This document shows, piece by piece, positions 9,869-19,913 of a stretch of DNA of 64,000 nt. The DNA comes from Dehalococcoidia bacterium (GTDB taxonomy: Bacteria; Chloroflexota; Dehalococcoidia; UBA2979). The DNA lies in NCBI GenBank assembly GCA_964291495.2, contig OZ219871.1:384001-448000 (forward strand), in the 5' to 3' direction. The notes beneath the pieces are model-generated. The model searched no databases. It saw only the letters and a program-made list of their open reading frames with translations, and had not been told where the DNA came from. Numbering within the stretch: the first letter of the stretch is position 1; each line of letters opens with the position of its first letter. The position numbers and the translations under genes are program-made.

Positions 9869-10405
9869 CTAGCGCCCCCTCAGGGGCGACAGCCCGTGCT
9901 CGCGGCGGCGCTCGTTGAGCGCGCGCCAGGCGGCGCGGTCGGCCTCGAGGAAGCGGGTCAGGGAGGCGTTCGTGACGCCGAGGGTGCGCGCGGCCTCGCC
10001 CGGCCGCCACCCGGTCGCGGCGAGCAGGTCGAAGAGCGCCGCCAGCATCGGCGGGTAGCGCGCGTCGCGGCGGCCGAGCGCGAGCCTGCGCTCCTTCGTG
10101 CGCGCCGCGGCGAGCTCCGAAGCGGGCGCGTAGCCCTCGAGGCTCACGGGCGCGCGTAGTTGCAGCGCGATCGCGTGGCGCAGGCGGCGCAGGGCGCGCG
10201 CCCGGTTCTCGTGCTGCGAGCGCGACTCGACGGCCTCGGTGCTGACGCCGGAGGGGCGGTGCCGCAAGCGCACGGCGGAGTCCGTGACGTTGCGCTTCTG
10301 CCCGCCCGGCCCGCTCGCGCGGAAGCGGTCGAAGTCGCACTGGCGCAGCAACGCCGCGTCATCGAGGTGCAGGAACTCGCGCCAGTCCGGCTGCTCCGCG
10401 CTCAC
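9869..10405 (-). CDS. Peptide chain release factor-like (RF-1/GGQ domain) protein
   Basis: RASGPGGQKRNVTDSAVRLRH.PSG...SRSQHENR..AL; GTG start inferred. Confidence 0.85.
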   Translation of the reverse strand: MSAEQPDWREFLHLDDAALLRQCDFDRFRASGPGGQKRNVTDSAVRLRHRPSGVSTEAVESRSQHENRARALRRLRHAIALQLRAPVSLEGYAPASELAAARTKERRLALGRRDARYPPMLAALFDLLAATGWRPGEAARTLGVTNASLTRFLEADRAAWRALNERRREHGLSPLRGR

Positions 10406-10428
10406 GCCCGCGACCGTAGCACGCCGCG

Positions 10429-12981
10429 TCAGCCCGGCAGGACCTCGTCCGGGTAGCGCGTCCCGACAATGCCGCGCTCCACCATCGCGTCGTACTCCTC
10501 GCGGGAGTAGCCGAGCAGGTCGAGGTACACGTCCTCGTTGTGCTCGCCGAGCCGGGGAGGCGGGAGCCGCACCTCGTCCGAGGTGTTGCGCATCTTGAAG
10601 ATGTACCCGGGGTAGCGGTGCGTGCCTACCGTCGGCATGTGGATCTCGCGGAACCACTCGCGCGCGTTGAGCTGCTCGTCTCCGAGGATCTCGAGGGAGT
10701 CGCGCACCGGGGCGGCACAGACGCCCACCGCCTGCAACTCGTGGAAGAGCGTTTCCTTGTCGCGGGCGGCGGTCAGCTCGCCGATGCTTGCCTCGAGCTC
10801 GACGCGGTGCGCCCGGCGGCCCGCCGCGCTTGCGTAGCGCGGGTTGGCGGCGAGCCCGGGGCTGCCGAGCACCCGGCACAGCGCCGCGAACTGCTCGTCG
10901 GTCGCGACGTCGATCGCGATCCACTGGTCCTCGCCGCGGGCCGGGTAGACGCCGTGCGGGGCGTGCCAGCGGTGCGTGTTGCCCTGCGCCGTCGAGTCGG
11001 CGCCGTTCATCACGTAGTCAAGGATGAACTCGCCGACCGTCGGGATGAAGCCCTCGGCGAGCGGCAGCTCGATGAGCTGGCCCTCGCCGGTGCGCGCGCG
11101 GTGGCGCAGTCCCATCATCGCCGCGACCGCGCCGTGGACCCCAGCCATCGCGTCGGCGCTGAGCACGTCGCCGGAGAGCTCCGGTTCGCCGTCGATGTAG
11201 CGGCGGAAGAGCGTCTGACCGACCATCGCCTCGGCGTGGGTGCCGAAGGAGCGGTAGTCGCGGTAGGGCCCCGACAGCCCGAAGGCGGGCATCCGCACCA
11301 TCACCAGCCGCGGGTTCACCTCGCGCAGCTCGTCCCAACCGAGACCCGCGCGGTCGAACGCACGGGGCGAGTTGTTCTCGATCACCACGTCGCTGACGGC
11401 CGCCAGGCGCAGGAACGCCTCGCGGCCCTCGGGGGCGGAGATGTCGACGGTCATCGACTTCTTGTTGCGGGCGTGGGAGTTGAAGTTGGCCGATCGGTTC
11501 CAGCGGTCGTCCTTCGGATCGTGGTCCGGATAGAGCGCGTGCAGGCTGACGCCGTCGCGGATCCGCTCCTCGATCTGCTCCTTCGTGAAGGTGACCTCGG
11601 CGCCGCGAGTGTTCGGGTGGATGCGGTTCATCGGTTCGGCGCGGATCACCTCGGCGCCCCACTCCGCCAGCAGTTGCGTGCTGTGCGGGCCGGCCCAGAC
11701 CACCGTCGCGGCGATCACCCGCACGCCCTCGAGGGGCGGCCGCAGCAAGCCGCCATTCGCGGAGCGCGGCGCGCGAGGGGATCGCGGCGCCTCGCGCTGC
11801 TCCGGCCGGTCCGCCCGGGCCGGCCAGGCCGAGGGCTCCTCGACGGCCGCGTTGTGTTCGCCCAGCAGCGGGGCGCGCCGCGCGGTGGGGCGGGGCGAGG
11901 CGTTCGTGATGAACGGCCGGCCCGGGTACTGGAGCGGCCCGGTGCGCGGGTGGTCGATCGTGTCCCAGGCGCCGCGCTCCCGGAAGTGCGGATTCTCCAG
12001 CAGCTCCCCCATGGTCTGCAGCGCCCCGCCCAGCAGACCGTACTCCTGGGCCTGACGGAGCGCCTCAAGCTTCGGCGTGCGCTGCAGGAACTCGGCGTAT
12101 GACGCCTCCAGCTCCTCGCCGAGATCTTCGGGCCAGTAGTCAAACGGCTGGAACAGCTCTTCCCGGGTCACGAGGTCCTCGCGCCCGATCATGGCGAGGA
12201 ACCCGGGCAGCCGGGCGCCGAGTCCGTGCAGGTTGACGTAGCCGTCGACCGTGGGGCGGACGCCGCTCAGGGGGATCTGGCCGCCGGTCCGGCGCCGCAT
12301 CGTGTGGCCCGCGTAGGCCGCGCCCGTCAGGTCGACGGCGCGACGGTCTCGGAACCCGGCCTGGCACTCGTAGACCGCGAGGTCGATGTAGTCGCCGGCG
12401 CCGCCAGCCTCGACGCGGTAGCGGGCGAGCAGGATCGCGAGCGCCGCCGTCGCCCCGGCCGAGTAGTGCGCGACGTGCCCGGCGTACTTCAACGGCTCCC
12501 GGCTGCGATGCCCGGTGATCCACAGCGGCCCGCCCAGCGCCTGGAGGGTGATCTCGGATCCGAGGTAGTCGCGGTACGGCCCGTCCTGGCCGAACGGCGT
12601 GAGCGAGAGCATCACGAGGTCGTCGCGGCCGCGGGAGAGCTCGTCCCAGCCCCAACCCCACTCGGCGGCGCGTCCGGCCTCGTAGTCCTCGATCAGCACG
12701 TCGCACTCCGCGGCAAGGCGGCGAATCGTCGCCGCGCCGTCCGTGCTTGTGGAATCGACCGTGGCGGAGCGCTTGTTGGTGTTGAGGTGGAGGAACAAGC
12801 CGGACGCCTCGAGGTCCTCGACGTTGCCCGGGAACGGGCCGAAGCGGCGCGCCGGGTCGCCGTCCGGTGGCTCTATCTTGAGCACGTCGGCCCCGTAGTC
12901 GGCGAGCAGCTTCGTCGCGTACGGGCCGGCGACGTTGCGGGTGAAGTCGAGGACGCGGATGCCTTCGAGCGGACCTGCCAT
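10429..12981 (-). CDS. Fused double-domain CoA-transferase family III (CaiB/BaiF)
   Basis: Two repeats of LEG(I/V)RV...AGP...LA..GA.V...NK(R/K)S..., ending P.LGEHN. Confidence 0.9.
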   Translation of the reverse strand: MAGPLEGIRVLDFTRNVAGPYATKLLADYGADVLKIEPPDGDPARRFGPFPGNVEDLEASGLFLHLNTNKRSATVDSTSTDGAATIRRLAAECDVLIEDYEAGRAAEWGWGWDELSRGRDDLVMLSLTPFGQDGPYRDYLGSEITLQALGGPLWITGHRSREPLKYAGHVAHYSAGATAALAILLARYRVEAGGAGDYIDLAVYECQAGFRDRRAVDLTGAAYAGHTMRRRTGGQIPLSGVRPTVDGYVNLHGLGARLPGFLAMIGREDLVTREELFQPFDYWPEDLGEELEASYAEFLQRTPKLEALRQAQEYGLLGGALQTMGELLENPHFRERGAWDTIDHPRTGPLQYPGRPFITNASPRPTARRAPLLGEHNAAVEEPSAWPARADRPEQREAPRSPRAPRSANGGLLRPPLEGVRVIAATVVWAGPHSTQLLAEWGAEVIRAEPMNRIHPNTRGAEVTFTKEQIEERIRDGVSLHALYPDHDPKDDRWNRSANFNSHARNKKSMTVDISAPEGREAFLRLAAVSDVVIENNSPRAFDRAGLGWDELREVNPRLVMVRMPAFGLSGPYRDYRSFGTHAEAMVGQTLFRRYIDGEPELSGDVLSADAMAGVHGAVAAMMGLRHRARTGEGQLIELPLAEGFIPTVGEFILDYVMNGADSTAQGNTHRWHAPHGVYPARGEDQWIAIDVATDEQFAALCRVLGSPGLAANPRYASAAGRRAHRVELEASIGELTAARDKETLFHELQAVGVCAAPVRDSLEILGDEQLNAREWFREIHMPTVGTHRYPGYIFKMRNTSDEVRLPPPRLGEHNEDVYLDLLGYSREEYDAMVERGIVGTRYPDEVLPG

Positions 12982-13210
12982 CGTCGTCACCTCGGATCGC
13001 TTCGAATATCGAGGGCGACGCGCATGATACGTCGCGCCCGGCGGCGTGGGATCGGTGCAATTGCGCATCAGATGATGCTGTTTTAGCGGGCGACAGCAAG
13101 CGAGCACGTTAATAAAGTGAGGAGGACCAAAGTTTAGTATGATGGCTCGCGCTCGTCGCGAGGGAGCCGATCATCGGCTTACGCTAATTCAGGCTGGTAC
13201 ACCCCCGAAG

Positions 13211-13239
13211 CAGACAAATAAAGAAACCATGCATATACT
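13211..13239 (+). promoter_or_regulatory. Putative promoter of the fic gene
   Basis: CAGACA-N17-TATACT in AT-rich region, then AGGAG and GTG start. Confidence 0.45.
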
Positions 13240-13259
13240 TAACTAAGACAGGAGAGGCC

Positions 13260-14459
13260 GTGGACGCCGCCGCATTCACCAACCCATCGGGCCAACTCGT
13301 CACGCAGCGCCCTCGCGGCGGCGGGCGCTACCTGACGTTCGTCCCGAACCCGCTGCCGCCCCCGCCCGAGATCGCGCAGGCCGCGATTGCGAGCGCTGGC
13401 GCGCTGCTCGCCGATGCCGAGTACTGGCTCGGGCAGCTGATCGGCCTCGGCGGCGTACTCCACGACGCGAACGCACTGGCCGCACCGTACATCCGGCACG
13501 AGGCCGTCCGCAGCTCCCAGATCGAGGGCACCCGGACCTCGATCGGCGACCTTGCGGCCTTCGAGGCGGTGCCCGAGTCGCAGCCGCTCGACGGGGACGC
13601 CCAGGAGACGCTGAACTACGTCGCCGCGCTTGACGAGGGTCTGGACCGCATCCGGGACGGCGGCGCGATCGATGCCGACCTCGTTCGCGACCTGCACCGC
13701 ACGCTGATGGCGGGTGCAGGCGACGAGGTGCGCAGTGCCCCGGGCGAGTTCCGGACCGTCCAGAACTACATCACCGCCGGTGGCGCGCCGATCTACACCC
13801 CGCCGCCGCCCGACCGGATGCTCGACTGCCTCGACAGCCTGTTCGGCTACATCGACTCGCAACCGGAAGCACCGCCGCTGGTGGAGATCGCGTGGGTGCA
13901 CTACGCCTTCGAGGCGATTCACCCCTTCCGCGACGGCAACGGCCGTGTCGGGCGGATCCTGATGCCGCTGCTGCTCGCCCGGCGGCGAGGGTTGGAGCAT
14001 CCGCTGCTCTACCTGAGCCCCTACCTCTTCGAGCACCGGCAGGAGTACTACGACCGCCTCTTCGCCGTCAGCGCACGCAGCGACTGGCCTGGCTGGCTGG
14101 CGTTCATGCTGCGAGCCGTCGCTTCGCGCGCGCAGGCATCCGTCGCGACGGCGCAGCGCCTGATGGCCATCGAGGACGAGTGGCGACTGCGGCTCGAGGA
14201 GGCCGGCGCGACTCCCACGGCGCTCCGCCTCGCAGTGCTGATCCGGCGCCAGTCGCTCGCGGTCACCGCACCGCACGCGATCGGCCTGCTCGCCGGGGCC
14301 GGCTCCCCGGTCACCCCGCCGACCGCCTACCAGGCGATCGCCGACCTCGAGCGCGCCGGCATCGTGACCGAGATCACCGGCCGGGCCCGTGGGCGCATCT
14401 GGCTGGCCCGCGAGCTCGTAGACCTGCTCGAAGGCGACGAGGGCGGCGCGGGCTCGTAG
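13260..14459 (+). CDS. Fic family protein (class II-like, N-terminal inhibitory helix, C-terminal wHTH)
   Basis: HPFRDGNGRVGR Fic motif; EAVRSSQIEGT; C-terminal EITGRARGRIW. Confidence 0.92.
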   Translation: MDAAAFTNPSGQLVTQRPRGGGRYLTFVPNPLPPPPEIAQAAIASAGALLADAEYWLGQLIGLGGVLHDANALAAPYIRHEAVRSSQIEGTRTSIGDLAAFEAVPESQPLDGDAQETLNYVAALDEGLDRIRDGGAIDADLVRDLHRTLMAGAGDEVRSAPGEFRTVQNYITAGGAPIYTPPPPDRMLDCLDSLFGYIDSQPEAPPLVEIAWVHYAFEAIHPFRDGNGRVGRILMPLLLARRRGLEHPLLYLSPYLFEHRQEYYDRLFAVSARSDWPGWLAFMLRAVASRAQASVATAQRLMAIEDEWRLRLEEAGATPTALRLAVLIRRQSLAVTAPHAIGLLAGAGSPVTPPTAYQAIADLERAGIVTEITGRARGRIWLARELVDLLEGDEGGAGS

Positions 14460-14532
14460 CCGGGCCGAACCTTCCGGCAGGCGCGCCTGCCGCATATCCT
14501 GCAAGGGGCGGACCTGACCGACGGAGGCCACC

Positions 14533-15585
14533 ATGCGCGTGCAGATCGTCGGGGCGACCGGCTACGGCGGCCTCGGCATCCTCGAACTGCTGCTCCAGCA
14601 CCCCGTGCTCGAGCCTTCGGCGCTGATCGCGCGCGACGACGCGGGCCGCCCGATCGCGGACATCTACCCGCACCTCGCGGGCCGCACGGACCTCGTCGTG
14701 CAGGCGCCGGACGCGGCCGACATCGGCGCGGACTGCGACGTCGTGGTCTTCTCCACGCCCGACCGGGTCTCGATGGGATACGCGGCGGCGCTCGCCGACG
14801 CGGGCGTGCGCTTCCTCGACTACTCCGGCGACTTCCGCTTCCCGGACGAGGCGTCGTACGCGCGCTACGCGGCGGCGCACCCCTCGATCGGCGACGGCGC
14901 GCACAAGGCCGGCGCGCTGCTCGGTAGCGCCTGCTACGGCGTGCCCGAGCTTCACGCCGGGGCGGTCGCCGGGGCGCCGATCGTCGGCAACCCCGGCTGC
15001 TTCGCCGTCGGCATCACGCTCGGCCTCGCGCCGCTCTTTGCCGACGGGCTCGTCGAGGGCGGCTCGGTCGTGGTCGACGGCCTCACGGGCTCGTCGGGCG
15101 CGGGCAAGAAGCCGGCGGCCGCGCAGCACTTCTCACACCTCAACGACAACGTCGTCCCCTACCGCGTGTTCAGCCACCAGCACGTCGTCGAGGCCGAGCA
15201 GACGCTGGGCGGTCTCGCCGGCGGCGCGGCGAGCGTGCTCTTCGTGCCGCACCTGCTGGGGACGACGCGCGGCATCCTCAGCACGATGCACCTCACGCTG
15301 AGCCGCAGCGCCTCGCGCGAGGCGTTGCTCGAGCGCTACCGCGAGTTCTACGCGGGCGCGCCGTTCGTGCGCGTGCTGGACGCGCCGCCTTCGCTGAAGC
15401 AGACGGCCGGCTCGAACTACTGCGACATCTCGCTCGTGAGCTCGCCGGACGAGCGGCGGGTGGTCGTGATCTCCTCGATCGACAACCTGCTGAAGGGGCA
15501 GAGCGGCAACGCGCTGCAGAACCTCAACCTGATGTTCGGCCTCGACGAGACGGCAGGGCTGGAGCGCACGCCCCTCTACCCGTAG
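14533..15585 (+). CDS. argC: N-acetyl-gamma-glutamyl-phosphate reductase
   Basis: GATGYGG, DYSGDFR, YGVPEL, NPGCF, SGAG, HQH, PHL..TRGI, IDNLLKGQSGNALQNLNLM. Confidence 0.9.
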   Translation: MRVQIVGATGYGGLGILELLLQHPVLEPSALIARDDAGRPIADIYPHLAGRTDLVVQAPDAADIGADCDVVVFSTPDRVSMGYAAALADAGVRFLDYSGDFRFPDEASYARYAAAHPSIGDGAHKAGALLGSACYGVPELHAGAVAGAPIVGNPGCFAVGITLGLAPLFADGLVEGGSVVVDGLTGSSGAGKKPAAAQHFSHLNDNVVPYRVFSHQHVVEAEQTLGGLAGGAASVLFVPHLLGTTRGILSTMHLTLSRSASREALLERYREFYAGAPFVRVLDAPPSLKQTAGSNYCDISLVSSPDERRVVVISSIDNLLKGQSGNALQNLNLMFGLDETAGLERTPLYP

Positions 15586-15624
15586 CCGCGACGGCCGTCG
15601 CCTCTAGGGTCAGCGCCCCGAGGG

Positions 15625-17010
15625 TCAGGTCAGCATGCCGGGCGCGGGCGTGCGGAAGCGGCTGACGGTGCGGTCGATCGCCACCGCCAGGACCAACAGG
15701 AACACCGGCGCCACCGTGATCACCGTGTCGACGCCGACGGTGCTCGCGATCGCTCCGAGCAGGAGCAGTGGCGGGATCGCGAAGCCGTCCTTGAGGACCC
15801 CCAGCAGCGCGAACGCGCGACCCTGGATGCGCAGCGGCACCGTGCGGCTGATGTAGGTCTGCGTCGCCACGACCGCGAGCGTCACCCCCGCCCCGAGGAA
15901 CATCGAGAGCAGCGCCGCCATCTCCACGCGCGGCCCCACGCCCGGGATGCCGAAGATCAGCAGCCAGCCGAGCAGATCGGTCAGCGTCGCGACGAGGCCG
16001 AGCGCCGTCACCGCCGAGGAGACGAGCACGAAGCCGAGGATCGCGATCGGGCGCTCTCCCGCCCAGCGGATCAGCAGCGGCGCGAGCGCGAGCGCGGCAA
16101 GCAGACCGACCGGCGCGGGCGCGAAGACGTAGAGCGTGTTCACCGGGTCGACGTCCAGCACCTCGGCGACGTACTGCGGTCCGAGCATCGCGAGGACGAC
16201 GTTGATCGTGCTCGCCAGCGCGGCCAGCACCAGCATCCACATCACCTGCCGTTCGGCGAGCAGCCAGCGCACGACCCCCATCGTCGAGGCCGGTGGGGCT
16301 CCCCGTTCCCCCTCGACGGGTCCGGGGTGCGGCGCCGGGCGCAGGTCGAAGACGCGGCTGGCGGAGAGGAGGAAGAGGAACCCGGCGATGATCGTCACCG
16401 GGTCCACCCCGTAGGCACGCACGATCAGCGGGGCCAGCACGGCCTTGCCCAGCAGGTCCGCCGCCGAGGAGATCAGCCCGAGCATCGAGTTCGCCGCCGC
16501 CAGCTCCTCGGCGGTTGCGACCAGCGGCAGCGTGGACGCCTCGGAGGGTTGCGAGAACTGGTGGAGGATGCGCACGACGAAGATCACGGCCAGCAGTGAC
16601 TGGAAGTCCGAGCCGAAGACGAAGGCGACGGCGAGCGTGAGCACGCCCATCCCCACGTAGGCGCCGGCGAGCGCGACCCGCTTCGGGAGCGCGTCGGCGA
16701 CGGCCCCGCCGTACAACCCGAGCAGCAGGCTCGGCAGCAGGAAGGCGGTGCCAAGCAGCGCCGCCTCGATGGCGCCGCCGTCGCCGCGCGCCGTCGAGAT
16801 CAGCGCGCCGAAGATCAGCGCATTGATCGCGACGTCGGTGAGGAAGCGCGATGCGAGCAGCGCCTGGAACTGCGGGTTCCTCGCCACGGACCCCGGCGGC
16901 AGCCAGAACCAGAGGACGCGAAAGACGCGCGCCTGCCCGGCGTCGAGGGCGCGATCGATGCGCTGGAGGCCTTCGAATGCCGGTTCGTCGAACTGGGGGG
17001 GCAGCGCCAT
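15625..17010 (-). CDS. MFS transporter
   Basis: About 12 hydrophobic helices, GAVADALPKR motif, QGRAFA. Confidence 0.8.
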   Translation of the reverse strand: MALPPQFDEPAFEGLQRIDRALDAGQARVFRVLWFWLPPGSVARNPQFQALLASRFLTDVAINALIFGALISTARGDGGAIEAALLGTAFLLPSLLLGLYGGAVADALPKRVALAGAYVGMGVLTLAVAFVFGSDFQSLLAVIFVVRILHQFSQPSEASTLPLVATAEELAAANSMLGLISSAADLLGKAVLAPLIVRAYGVDPVTIIAGFLFLLSASRVFDLRPAPHPGPVEGERGAPPASTMGVVRWLLAERQVMWMLVLAALASTINVVLAMLGPQYVAEVLDVDPVNTLYVFAPAPVGLLAALALAPLLIRWAGERPIAILGFVLVSSAVTALGLVATLTDLLGWLLIFGIPGVGPRVEMAALLSMFLGAGVTLAVVATQTYISRTVPLRIQGRAFALLGVLKDGFAIPPLLLLGAIASTVGVDTVITVAPVFLLVLAVAIDRTVSRFRTPAPGMLT

Positions 17011-17073
17011 CGCCAGCCATCGTACGGGACGGCGGGTTAACGAACGGAATTCCCGACCAGACAGCCTCCGGCG

Positions 17074-17958
17074 CTAGTCGAAGACGGAGAGCGCCCGCGC
17101 GATGCCTGCGCGATCGTCGGGCGCGGGCGCGAGCACCAGCGTGACGCCCTCGGCGGCCCACGCCTCCGCCTGCTCCCGCACCTCCGAGGGCGTGCCCACC
17201 AGGCAGGCGTCGGCGATGAAGCGCTCGGAGATCGCGGCGAGGCGGGCTTCATCGTCACCGGCCGCGACCGCCGCCCTCGCGGCGGCCACCTCGTCGTGGT
17301 AGCCGGCCTCCTCGAAGTAGGCCTGGTAGTAGGGCCGCGAGAAGTAGAGGAACAGCTTGTCGCGCGCCGCCGCGAGGGCGGCCGCGCGGTTCTCGTCGAC
17401 CGCCGTCGGGATGAAGGTGCCCACGAAGAAGTCGTCGCGCTGCTCGGGCGGGATCACGGCGAGCGAGGTCGCCATGCGCGAGCGGAGGCCGTTGGCCCAG
17501 AGCGCGCCGTCCGCGATCTCGGTGGCGAGGACCGTCATGCGCCGTCGCAGCGTCGCGAGGACGAGGCGAGGGAACGCCGCGCCCTCGGTGTTCGCGCGCA
17601 TCTCGGCAACGTACTCGCGCATGTCCGAGAGCGGCCTGCCGACGCTGAGCCCCAGTTCCGCGTGCGTCGGCTGATGCGAGACGCCGAGCCCGAGCATGAG
17701 CCGCCCCGGGTGGAGCTCCTCGATCAGCGAGCCCGCCTGCGCCATCAGGTGCGGGTGCCGCAGGTAGATGTGCGCGATGCCCGTGGCGACGCTGATGCGC
17801 TCGGTGCGCTCGAGGACGGCGAGCAGGAAGGCGATGTTGTCGCCGCGGCTCGGGGACCAGACGCCGGGGAAGCCGCGCCGCTCCACCTCCTGTGCGAGCG
17901 CGAGCTTGTCCGCGCGTGTGCCGGCCTCGTCCCAGATCCTCAGGTACGGCTTCTCCAT
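17074..17958 (-). CDS. LLM class (luciferase-like) oxidoreductase, tandem copy B
   Basis: TERISVATGIAHIY.RHP, PGRLMLGLGVSH, EIADG. Confidence 0.85.
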   Translation of the reverse strand: MEKPYLRIWDEAGTRADKLALAQEVERRGFPGVWSPSRGDNIAFLLAVLERTERISVATGIAHIYLRHPHLMAQAGSLIEELHPGRLMLGLGVSHQPTHAELGLSVGRPLSDMREYVAEMRANTEGAAFPRLVLATLRRRMTVLATEIADGALWANGLRSRMATSLAVIPPEQRDDFFVGTFIPTAVDENRAAALAAARDKLFLYFSRPYYQAYFEEAGYHDEVAAARAAVAAGDDEARLAAISERFIADACLVGTPSEVREQAEAWAAEGVTLVLAPAPDDRAGIARALSVFD

Positions 17959-17985
17959 CCCCGTCTCCCCTTCCGCCGCTCCGCG

Positions 17986-18870
17986 CTACTCGAACGCGGC
18001 GAGGGCGCGCTCCGCGCCGTCGGGATCATCGGCCGGGGTGGCGAGCACGAGCGTCACGTCCTCGTCCGCCCAGGCCTCCGCCTGCTCGCGCACCTCGGAG
18101 GCCGTCCCCACGAGGCAGGAGTCGGCGATGAAGCGCTCCGAGATCGCCGCGGGCAGCGCCTCGCGGTCGCCGTCAGCGATCGCCGCGCGGGCCGCGGCGA
18201 CCTCGTCGTGGTAGCCGGCCTCCTCGAAGTAGGCCTGGTAGTAGGGCAGCCGGAAGTAGTTGCGCAGCAGGTCGCGCGCGGCGGCGAGGGCGGCCGCGCG
18301 GTCGTCGTCGACCGCCGTCGGGATGATGTTGCCGACGAAGAAGCCCTCGCGCCGCTCGGGCGGGACCCCGGCGAGCGAGCTGGCCATATGCGAGCGGAGA
18401 CCGTTCGCCCAGAGCGCGCCCTCGGCGATCTCGCCGGAGAGCGCGGTCATGCGACGGCGCAGCGTCGCGAGGACGAGGCGCGGCAACGGACCGCCCTCCG
18501 TGCCCGCGCGCATCTCGCCGACGTACCCGCGCATGTCCGCGAGCGGCCGGCCGACGCTCAGCCCCAGCGCCGCGTGGATCGGCTGGTGCGAGACCCCGAG
18601 CCCGAGCAACAGCCGCCCCGGGTGCAGCTCCTCGATCAGCGAGCCCGCCTGCGCCATCAGCTGCGGGTGCCGCAGGTAGATGTGGGCGATGCCGGTGCCG
18701 ACCTGGATGCGCTCGGTGCGGTCGAGGATCGCGAGCAGCAACGCGAGGTTGTCGCCCCGGCTCGGCGCCCAGACGCCCGGGAAGCCACGCCGCTCGAGCT
18801 CCTGCACGAACGCCATCTGGTCCGGGCGAGATCCGGGTTGGTCCCGGATCATCAGGTACGGCTTCTCCAT
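17986..18870 (-). CDS. LLM class oxidoreductase, tandem copy A
   Basis: Same length (294 aa) and long identical blocks with 17074-17958. Confidence 0.85.
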   Translation of the reverse strand: MEKPYLMIRDQPGSRPDQMAFVQELERRGFPGVWAPSRGDNLALLLAILDRTERIQVGTGIAHIYLRHPQLMAQAGSLIEELHPGRLLLGLGVSHQPIHAALGLSVGRPLADMRGYVGEMRAGTEGGPLPRLVLATLRRRMTALSGEIAEGALWANGLRSHMASSLAGVPPERREGFFVGNIIPTAVDDDRAAALAAARDLLRNYFRLPYYQAYFEEAGYHDEVAAARAAIADGDREALPAAISERFIADSCLVGTASEVREQAEAWADEDVTLVLATPADDPDGAERALAAFE

Positions 18871-18914
18871 CGCGGTCTCCCTTCCCGGTCTCTCGCGCTC
18901 GCCGCGCGCGAGGG

Positions 18915-19913
18915 CTACTCGCCCGCCTCGCGGACGGTGTTGCGCAGCGGCTCGCCGCGCGCCCAGCGTACGAGGTTGTCGAAGAAGATCTCGGCCGCGC
19001 GCGGGTCGTTGCCCGCCGAGGCGCCGGAGTTGTGCGGCGTGACGATCACGCGCGGCAGATCCCAGAGCGGCGAGTCCTCGGGCAGCGGCTCCTCCGCGAA
19101 GACGTCGAGGTAGGCGCCGCCGAGCTGCCCCGACCGCAGCGCCTCGATCAGCGCCGGCTCGTCGACGACGGGGCCGCGCGCGACGTTGAGCACGTGCGCC
19201 CCGCGCGGCATCGCCGCGAACGCCGCGGCGTCGAACAGCCCTCGCGTCTCGGCGGTGAGCGGACAGGCGAGCGCGAGCCACTCCGCGCGCGGCAGCAGCG
19301 AGGGCAGCGCGTCGGGGTGGTGCAGCTCATCGACGGGGTCGCCCTCGCGAGCCGGGCTGCGCCGCACGCCGACGACGTGCAGCCCGATCGCGCGGGCGAT
19401 GCGCGCGATCGCCGACCCGATCGCGCCCAGCCCGAAGACGACGAGCGTCTGGTCGAGGAGGTCGGGGCGCCCTCGGTCCTCGGCCGGCTCCCAGGCATGC
19501 CGTTGCTGCGCGTCCGCGTAGGAGGGGAAACCGCGCGAGAGAGCGAGCAGGCCGGCGATCGCCGACTGCGCGATTGGCTCCGCCGTCGCGCCGGCCGCAG
19601 TCGAGAGGGTGACGCCACGCGCCAGCATCCGCCCGAAGATGGGGTGGTCGACGCCGGCGTTGCGCGTGTGCAACCAGCTCAGGCGCGGCGCACGGTGCAG
19701 CGCGGAGAAGAAGCTGCGCGCCAATGGACCGGCGATCAGGTCGGCGCTGTAGTAGGCGAGGTCGATGCGCTCGCACTGCTCGTCGCTGAGTCGTGCGTCG
19801 GGGTCCGGCGGCACGGTGATGACCTCGGCCTCGAGGCCGGCCTCGGCGAGGGCGCCCCGCAGCTGTTCGCCGTAGCGCCCCACGAACCACTCGGACGTGA
19901 GGATTCCTGCCAT
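18915..19913 (-). CDS. D-2-hydroxyacid dehydrogenase family protein
   Basis: GLGAIG, NVARG, LDVFAEEPL, TPHNSG. Confidence 0.9.
   Translation of the reverse strand: MAGILTSEWFVGRYGEQLRGALAEAGLEAEVITVPPDPDARLSDEQCERIDLAYYSADLIAGPLARSFFSALHRAPRLSWLHTRNAGVDHPIFGRMLARGVTLSTAAGATAEPIAQSAIAGLLALSRGFPSYADAQQRHAWEPAEDRGRPDLLDQTLVVFGLGAIGSAIARIARAIGLHVVGVRRSPAREGDPVDELHHPDALPSLLPRAEWLALACPLTAETRGLFDAAAFAAMPRGAHVLNVARGPVVDEPALIEALRSGQLGGAYLDVFAEEPLPEDSPLWDLPRVIVTPHNSGASAGNDPRAAEIFFDNLVRWARGEPLRNTVREAGE

Noticed and set aside
13120-13246. 35-aa ORF MMARARREG... after AGGAGG upstream of fic
   Set aside because: SD spacing of 13 nt, atypical codon usage, and it overlaps the likely fic promoter.
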